A stretch of DNA of 52,685 nt, counting the filler, from Sphacelaria rigidula (lineage: Eukaryota), in the NCBI GenBank assembly GCA_964200075.2. It is 2 parts of 2 records of this genome, joined end to end, with 100 filler letters (N's around TTAATTAATTAA, not from the genome) between each part and the next. Parts side by side here need not be neighbours in the genome. Positions count along the whole stretch, not along the records: positions 26,401 to 52,685 come from CAXNAA020000142.1; 1 more part is not named here. The stretch is one strand, 5' to 3'. Below, piece by piece: positions 45,164-52,685 of the stretch. Position numbers and translations under genes: made by a program. How positions within the stretch are numbered: the stretch's first letter is position 1; each line of letters begins with the position of its first letter. The notes beneath the pieces are model-generated. The model was not told the DNA's origin. It saw only the letters and a program-made list of their open reading frames with translations, and searched no databases.

Positions 45164-47773
45164 ATGGCTTTCCGCTGTGCTGCTGCGAGTGTCGTGAGCA
45201 AAGGCGCACTCGGGACCTTGGCGAGACGAGGGCTTTTGCGCCCGCGGCATGCGATGACACCCTCTCACTCGCTCCGGTCAGGAACATCCTGTCGCACCAC
45301 CGAGCTCGCGGAGGGTGACTCCACGCTGCGCAGCTACCCAGAAAATAGTACGGGTGGCATGGACGCAGGCAATGCGGACCGCCATAGCCCTGGGGCGCAA
45401 CGAACGCGGGGAAGGAGGCGTAGGGGGTTGCAGCGCAGACCACGTCAACAAGTGAGAGTGCGGCAGCGAGAGGAGGGTTCAGAAGATTTGTGTACACAAG
45501 AGGAGTTGTCGCGGCGAGGGCAGAAAAAGGGAGGGCGTGGGGAGTTCAGCAATGCGAGGACGGCTCACCGATCCTATATGGAAAAGTTAAAGGTGGCTGC
45601 GATGATGAGAAGATGGGAAGACGCGAAAAAAGTTATGGCAGAGGCGCTTGGTCGAGGCGATGCGCACGAAGTCGTGAATATTTATTTCTACAATGCAGCT
45701 GTGAATGTCGCTGCGAAGTGTGGAAAGTGGAAGGCAGCCGCTGCGATTGTTACATTCATGAGGGGGGAGGGTTTGCATCCGAACATCGTCACGTACAACT
45801 CTCTCATCAATGCTTGCGGGGAAGGGGGACAGGCAGACCAAGTTTCGGCGCTTTTGCATGAGATGCGTCAGGACGGTGTCACTCCTAATGTCAGGACGTA
45901 CTCGACGGCTATAGATGCCTACGGTAAGTGCGGCGAGATGAATAAGGCTTTGTTGATGTTTGAAGAGATGAAAACGGCAGGCGTCACCCCGACACTTTTC
46001 ACCTACAACGTCGGTATTGACGCCTGTAAGAAGTGCAGGGATGGAGAGAAAGCTGTTTCCCTATTGCAGTGTATGAAGACGGAGGGCGTCGCCCCGAATG
46101 TGACGAGCTACAACACGGCCATCGCAGCGTGCGGCGCAGGCCAGCAATGGGAGACTTCGCTGTCTCTTTTGCGTGAGATGAAGAATGAGGGAATTTCGCC
46201 GAACGACGTGAGCTACCGCATAGCCATTAGATCCTGCGGTAATAACGGACAGAGCAAAGCAGCGCTGGATCTTTTTCGGGAGATGGGGGTAGAGGGTATC
46301 GCCGCGAACGTCATCACCTACAACACGGTTATCGCAGCTTGTAGCAAAACTGGAGATATGGAGGGCGCGTTGTCGATTTTGAGAGAAATGCAGCGAGAAG
46401 GTGTTGAACCCACCGTGGTATCCTACAATACAGCCATCACGGCCTGCGGCAAGGGTAAGCAATGGGAACAGGTTATGTCTCTTTTTCGAGAGATGCCTTC
46501 CAAAGGGATAACGCCAAATGTCGTGACATACAACGCTATGATGAGCGCCTACGGCGAGGGCGGGCAATGCGAGCATTCTTTGGCGGTACTGCAAGACATG
46601 CGAAAGGCTGGCGTCCTCCCGAACACCGCGAGCTACAACTCTGTGATCAAAGCTTGTTCTGCGAATGGCCAGTGGCAAGCGGCGGTGTCTTTGCTGTGGG
46701 AAATGGCTAGTGACGGTATCGATCCGGATGCGGCCAGCTACGCCGCGGTTGCTATTGCCTGCGCCAAAAATGACCGCTGGGAGCAGGCAATTTCTATTCT
46801 ACGCGAGATGCCGAGGGATAGCATGACACGCATGGTCCGGGCATACAACAGCCTGATCAAAGTATGCAGGGACGGTAAACAGTGGGAGCAGGCTTTGTCT
46901 CTGTTGAGGGAGATGGAGAATGAGGGCATCGCCTCAAATGACGTAAGCTTCAATTTGACAATTACGGCCTGCGGGGACGCTGGTCAGTGGGAGCAGGCCT
47001 CATCCCTTTTGAGGGACATGCAAGCAAAGGGCATAGACCCAACCGTAGTGACCTATAGCGCTGTCATCACAGCCTTTGGAAAGGGTTGTCAGTGGGAGCA
47101 GGCTGTGTCTCTCTTGAGTGAAATGCGAAGCGTGGGTATCACCCCGAATATCGTGAGCTACAATACAGCCATTGCAGCCTGCGGGAGAGAAGCACAGTGG
47201 GAGCCCGCAATGGCGCTTCTTAGAGATCTGCAAAAACGTTCGATTCGCCCCAATGTCGTGAGTTATAACGCGACAATCCGTGCGTGCGGTAATGGCGGAC
47301 AATGGGAGCAAGCTGTGTCGCTTCTGAATGAAATGAAGACACACAACGTGGAGCCACACTTGCAAACTTATAATGCAGCTATACATGCGTGTGGGGTGGC
47401 CGGGCAGTGGGAGTCGGCCATATCACTGCTGAGGGAAATGCAAAGCAAAGGCGTTCCGCCTACCGCGTGTAGCTACAACTCAGCTACCACAGCCTGCGCG
47501 AACTGCGGACAATGGGAGCAGGCGCTGCATCTATGGGAAGATATGCAGCAGAGGCAAGATGTGACCCCGAATCTCATGAGCTACGCCGCCATCATCAATG
47601 CCTGCGGCAAGAGTCGAAAATGGCACGAGGCGGTGGCCCTGCTCAGGGAGGCACAGCGCACTGGTGTCGTTTCCCCAGATCTACGTATATACAACGCGGT
47701 AATATTTGCATTGCGGGGCGAGGAGAGTCCTTCTCAACGCATGTATGAAGAGGTTGAACCTAGCCCGTGTTGA
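45164..47773 (+). CDS. Intronless P-class PPR protein: 19 full repeats plus a partial 20th, with a probable mitochondrial presequence
   Basis: Single ORF (track 45080-47773). The first in-frame ATG at 45164 gives MAFRCAAASVVSKGALGTLARRGLLRPR (Arg/Ala/Ser-rich, no acidic residues). Tandem repeats of the type NVVSYNTAIAACG..QWEQAVSLLREM..GITP. Confidence 0.93.
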   Translation: MAFRCAAASVVSKGALGTLARRGLLRPRHAMTPSHSLRSGTSCRTTELAEGDSTLRSYPENSTGGMDAGNADRHSPGAQRTRGRRRRGLQRRPRQQVRVRQREEGSEDLCTQEELSRRGQKKGGRGEFSNARTAHRSYMEKLKVAAMMRRWEDAKKVMAEALGRGDAHEVVNIYFYNAAVNVAAKCGKWKAAAAIVTFMRGEGLHPNIVTYNSLINACGEGGQADQVSALLHEMRQDGVTPNVRTYSTAIDAYGKCGEMNKALLMFEEMKTAGVTPTLFTYNVGIDACKKCRDGEKAVSLLQCMKTEGVAPNVTSYNTAIAACGAGQQWETSLSLLREMKNEGISPNDVSYRIAIRSCGNNGQSKAALDLFREMGVEGIAANVITYNTVIAACSKTGDMEGALSILREMQREGVEPTVVSYNTAITACGKGKQWEQVMSLFREMPSKGITPNVVTYNAMMSAYGEGGQCEHSLAVLQDMRKAGVLPNTASYNSVIKACSANGQWQAAVSLLWEMASDGIDPDAASYAAVAIACAKNDRWEQAISILREMPRDSMTRMVRAYNSLIKVCRDGKQWEQALSLLREMENEGIASNDVSFNLTITACGDAGQWEQASSLLRDMQAKGIDPTVVTYSAVITAFGKGCQWEQAVSLLSEMRSVGITPNIVSYNTAIAACGREAQWEPAMALLRDLQKRSIRPNVVSYNATIRACGNGGQWEQAVSLLNEMKTHNVEPHLQTYNAAIHACGVAGQWESAISLLREMQSKGVPPTACSYNSATTACANCGQWEQALHLWEDMQQRQDVTPNLMSYAAIINACGKSRKWHEAVALLREAQRTGVVSPDLRIYNAVIFALRGEESPSQRMYEEVEPSPC

Positions 47774-48131
47774 ACACTGTAGTGCTCGAGGTCCCGACTT
47801 TAATACATGAGATGACCAGTCTGTTGTGCTTGGTTTGGGAGATTCGGTTTTTGCCGCGAGCAAAAGCCAAGGCAGAAATATAGTGTGCCACACCGCTACC
47901 GAACTCGCATCGACAATACCCGCGACGGGACGGTTAAGCCGGCACTATGCATGGAATTATGTGTGAAGGATGGGCCATGGTGTGCGTTCCCTCAACTACT
48001 CAGTGCGTCGGATTGTTGCAACTTCATTGCCCACACCTAATGCGGGGATAGTACTGAAGCATAACGTCAAACTGGCTTCCATCTATGCACATCCATCCAT
48101 ACGTCTACGCTGTTGTATAGACTGTGACTGT

Positions 48132-48666
48132 CTGGAAGTTGCGATACCAAAAAATGAAGCAACTCATCGGAGGCTGTCATCCACATGCAAGATCAGTGCG
48201 AACAATCTTAGCAGGATACCGCTCACCCTTCGTGGGACTCGCCGAACACATCACGGCGCTTCGCGCTTGGTGATTGATCGTGAGCCTGATCCGGTAAAAC
48301 TCTGCGTACTCCGTCCCGGCTTTGTAGGGATGCGAGGTCAACGGTCATAAGACTACGGTATTCAAGATCACGAGAGTATCCTACCCCACCCATGCGGCAG
48401 TGTGTAAGCCATCACTTGTCTCCGGAAGTGGCGATGCCAGAAAATGAAGTAACTCCTTTTAGGCTGTCATCCATGTATATGCAAGATGCGATGTAAGTAA
48501 GCTTCAGGCCGAATAATCTCAACAGAATGCAGCTCATCCTTCATGCGACTCGCCGAACACATCGCGGCGCTCCGAGCTTGGTGTTTTATTGCGAGCGTGG
48601 TCCGGCGCAAACCCGGCATGATCTGTCCCCGCTTTGTATGGATGCGAGGTCAATGGTCTTATGACT
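48132..48666. repeat. Diverged tandem duplication (~290-bp period) downstream of the second PPR gene
   Basis: 48132-48356 matches 48422-48666 (aaaatgaag.aactc...aggctgtcatcca; gactcgccgaacacatc.cggcgct; ggatgcgaggtcaa.ggtc). Confidence 0.8.
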
Positions 48667-48811
48667 GCACGGGTGGCTGCTGATACACGTTGCCGCAACG
48701 CGCACGATCACAACCCAATTCAAACTGTACGCACATCCTTCAGCTCAGTCATACCGTATATCATAACCAGGTACACTCCAGAATTCGGATAACGTTTACC
48801 CCCGGCAAAGT

Positions 48812-49064
48812 GACACTTTCTACGATAGCCCCCCCCCCCAATCCAGCTAAAAGTGTCACGAAAAAATGGCCATACAGCGCCTGATGTTCGGGTTCACGCT
48901 GCATGAAGCGCCTCATATTGGCGACATTGGCTGAAACGAACGAACCCAAGCGTGGGAATCCCCAGCTTCTCGTTGTGTTAGACTTTTCCCATTTCAATTT
49001 ACGTGAAGATTTTACCTCCCCAAACCGTGCACTTTATTGGGGGGGGGCTATCGTAGAAAGTGTC
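48812..49064. mobile_element. MITE with ~26-bp perfect TIRs
   Basis: GACACTTTCTACGATAGCCCCCCCC ... GGGGGGGGCTATCGTAGAAAGTGTC; second copy at 5654-5909. Confidence 0.85.
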
Positions 49065-49651
49065 TCTTGTCGCAGACAATAACAACCTGACACGAACTGT
49101 CTGTGTGGTCCAGATGCGTCGGGTTACGGCCCAGACGCAGACACCTCTGAATGTCGTGCTTCAGCCGTTAAGATGATTGCAGGACACCTGCGCGTTTTTC
49201 TGGTGGCCGTTTCTGATTTTGGCCGAACGAACGACCTCGTCCGCGATTGTTGACACCTGCGATTGTATTGCTGCACTCGTTGAGACGATTCAATAACACG
49301 TTTGCGTTTTCCGGTGGCCGCCAGTGAATTTTGCAACAATTGCGTTTTGTCCGAGAACGGTCTGTTGGATAAAACACGGGGCCTGTTGTTTCCCGGCTGA
49401 CCGTGCTCGGACAAACATGCGAGCCTCGCAAATGTTTCACCTCTGTCCGCCTTCACACGCAAGGTGTCTTGGGATCGTCCAAGCGAATAGAGAAAGCGAT
49501 ATGAAGGACCAAAGGGACGACGTAATTGATTTACATTGTTGTTGACCAGCATCAGCTGTGTCAGAGAGGAAATGTTTTCGAAACAAAGTCTGGAACATCG
49601 GAGAATAATGACCGCGTCATCCGTTGCTGCTGCCTGTACGCCTTCGAACAG

Positions 49652-52132
49652 CTTTAAACGATGTCGGCGAAACTCTGTCTCCCCGCAACACGTACGACAA
49701 GCTTCACGTGTTCGTTGGGATCATAACCTCGGTCCAGGAGAGGACGGGAAGCGATGCCGTCACGGGGGAACAAATAGCGAAGGAGTTCGCGAACGTGAGT
49801 AGTGGAATGTGAAACACGGGGTACTACAAAACCGGGTCTTTATTACACGAGGACGATGGCGGGCATTGGGTGAGGTTTAAAGTCGTATTGTATCATATGT
49901 ACGTTACGTCTCGGAACCGAGTCAAGTCCACTTGTATTGTGGTAAACTAGTTGCCGGACGGTTTACGACGCATGCGCTGCGTCTCCCACCCACTCGTACG
50001 CCGAGAAACAATCCAGTGTGCAGCGAACACGACATTCACCGCATCTGCTGCATGTTTTCTGCACCGTCCGATGGTGCCCCCTCGTTACCGAAAACAGCTG
50101 GGTTTGAATTCTCTGTCGCTGGTGACGATGCGGCGCTGGCGGAAGGCCTGCTTCTCCACTACACCGGAAGCAATGAAGGCCATTGCCTGGGCGTTCCAGA
50201 CGTCGAACTCCGGTATCGACGCAAAATGTGTTTCGCTGACGTACCTGAAGGGCAAGGGTTACAGCGATCTACACGCCAAACCCGCAGCGCAATCGATCGC
50301 CGTCAATATGCTCGTAAGGTATGCACCGTCTGTACATCCGGTCGATTGTTGTGATAATCTAGAGTTATCTTCCATCAATTCGCCGCACCGAAGGATGACG
50401 AGAGTGTGTCATGTGGTACGTCCTGGTTGATGGACCGTCATAACCAATTTATCCAAGGTGTAACCACACATACCCCCCACCCCAGCGCGAAGCAGTCCGC
50501 TTTCAAAATTGAGGATAGATTTTTGGTAGAGGACCGACCTCGGGAGCCTTCATCAACATCGAAAATGTTTCGAAATCAAAATATAAAAGCATTTTCCGGT
50601 TGGGATGTGTGACCTCAGTCATCGTAGCAAAACAAAATAGAACATGAACAGTTTTTTGCACCGGGGGTTGCGAATTGCAGATGGCTGCTTTCGAGGATGA
50701 GCGAGGCCACACATGACAGGCGGAGAGTGCAGATGTGTGTTTATTTCGAATATATCGCGATGCTCATGAACAATCCCAAGGGCGGTACCCAGATGACATT
50801 CATCCACGATTTTCGACCGTGCCACGCCAGACATTCGAGGGCGAACGAGATGACACCCACACCGAAAGATTGGGATCGTATCACCAAAAACGCCGGCATC
50901 GCGCACAACCTGGTGGAGAGAATCGAGAGTGTGGTCCCTCGTCTTGCTTAGACGGACAGGTTTAGGGAGTGAGTGCCGTTAATCTGTAGCCCGGCCACCG
51001 CCCGAGGTAAGGCGATCTGTCCATATCGAGACCACGTTAGAATGCGCCGCCGTGTATGTGACTATCTCTGCACACTAGTCGACCTGTCACGGACTGTGGT
51101 GCGACGTTTGATTTTTTCGATTCCGATTTCTGCGAACAGCGGCGTGCACATAATGGTGAACGGTACGCACGGGTTGGAAGCTTTCCAGCTGTTCGTGGGG
51201 GACTACATATCGTTCGTAGACAACACGATATCAGAGAAAAGAGAAAGCCTGCCGGCCGGAGAACAGGAAGGCGAAGCCATGAAGGAAATCGAGGCGGTCT
51301 ACAAGGGAAGACTTCCACGGCCGTTGGAGCTGGTGCGTTGCTCCCCGTCGGTATTTGACTTTATCGTAAGAAAGTGGAGACATATATTCGCTGTTGCGAG
51401 CTGATCGGTGACCGGCCTCGCTGCTCAGGCACGGAAGTCAACTGTATCTTTCCCGGTAACACTGGTCGAGGAGAGTAAAACACCACCACCGCCCACGTAC
51501 ATTTGCACTCCAGAGACGAAGCAGAGACGTGCTGCCGGTCGTCCTTCTGTTGTATCTTAGTTCATACTTGACACAACAGAGATACTGCCGTCACCCCCGA
51601 TCGCAGATGACACAAAGAGGGACCCTCAAGTCTTTCAGCGAAACGTGGAGAAAAAAATGGAACGCGATAAACGACAAGACAGCGCGTTTAAAACTCGTGG
51701 GTAGCGGCGGCGAGGGAGATGTGAACGACGCATCCGTTGGGGAGGCCGACGGCGAGGGTGAGGAGGGCAGAGACCGACCAGCAGCGGGTAGTCGCGAGGG
51801 CAAAGTGATCGATGACGGCATTGCTCGCGAGACTGTCGATCGATTCGCCGCCGACATATATTCCTCTGTCCTCATTCCCGCAGGTACCGATGCACGCACT
51901 GCGGGGTTGCACACCATACGTTCTGCGACCTGCTCGCCCCTATCTCAGAAGATGCGACTCTGGCCGAGCGGAAAAAGCGCCTTTGCATATCGTGCGCGGG
52001 CGACCCAGAGCGCCGGAAGAGGAATGAATCTCAGGCACCAGCCGAAAACGGCGGCGCATCAAGTAGCGAGAAGAAAGCGAGGAAGGAAAGCGTTCCCCGA
52101 CCGCCCGCCGGCGCCACCATGGAAGAGCAAAG
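49652..52132 (+). pseudogene. Unidentified multi-exon gene, probably disrupted or incomplete
   Basis: Exon-like blocks with GT-AG boundaries: 49652-49794, 50017-50318, 50681-~50959, 51189-51332, 51607-51883, 51949-52132. Phases join except at the end of the third block, where an in-frame TAG (50949-50951) or a 1-nt frameshift precedes the donor. No recognisable domain; start and end not found. Confidence 0.5.
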
Positions 52133-52346
52133 GTGCGATGATCCCAGATCCAGCCGAGCGTTTCCTCGTGTGAAAACAGTCGCCGGTGAATCCATCTTTT
52201 CGGCACGTGTCTCTCAGTGGGTGTAGTTCGCCACATAACCCTTGCCCCCCCCCGCGGATACACCAAGGCGAGAAACGACCGATCGGTTGGCAACTATGGC
52301 TGCGCCGCGTTCATATTCTCGGAGTACACCGTGAGAGTGTTACTAC

Positions 52347-52456
52347 CACGGGTGGCCACTGGGGTGCCTGCAACCTCAATTTTGGACGTTACAGACGTTG
52401 CACAAGGTCTGTAACGTCCAAATTTGAGGTTGCAGGCACCCCGGTGGCCACCCGTG
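52347..52456. repeat. Near-perfect 110-bp inverted repeat (hairpin or mini TIR element)
   Basis: 50-bp arms with 48/50 complementarity (one deviation is a G:U pair) and a 10-nt spacer; CAC...GTG ends flanked by AC on both sides. Confidence 0.9.
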
Positions 52457-52685
52457 ACGTCAGGGCGAGGGAAGGGAGGGGTGTAGCGGCGTAAGGCAGT
52501 ACCGTAGGTCTTAACCAGACCCCAGCACTCGATACATATTGTCATCTTCTATACTGTGTTTGTTACCACGCTTGTAATACTTCCGGTTTGTTTGTGCCGC
52601 GATTCTTCGAATTTGACAATGTGCCGATGTAGCCCCCCCTCCCTCCCCCCCCCCTCCCCAAGAGTTGCGCCCGTAACGAAAACAC

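Noticed and set aside
4057-47773. Functional gene cluster linking ovothiol synthesis with PPR regulation
   Set aside because: The genes are separated by an artificial contig linker, and there is no evidence of linkage or shared function.

Overview
Eukaryotic nuclear DNA, most likely a brown alga (Phaeophyceae). This is inferred from short GT-AG exons separated by ~0.2-1 kb introns and from the LINE/SINE/MITE families. Two contigs are joined by an artificial N-padded stop linker at 26301-26400, so the two halves need not be neighbours. Left contig: a complete 16-exon ovothiol synthase gene (ovoA, minus strand, 4057-14248, ~819 aa; DinB-like + FGE-sulfatase + C-terminal SAM methyltransferase) that the ORF track shows only as fragments, plus decayed reading frames and a three-layer nest of transposons (Harbinger-type MITE > Mutator-like foldback element > solo LTR). 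Right contig: two intronless, divergently oriented paralogous P-class PPR genes (14 and 19 repeats with very different specificity codes), separated by ~13.7 kb of SINEs, hAT-type elements and LINE remnants, followed by an unidentified, probably frameshifted multi-exon gene and a near-perfect 110-bp hairpin. The most interesting items are the RFL-like diversifying PPR pair and the ovoA gene, which has a possible organellar presequence and a divergent methyltransferase domain.
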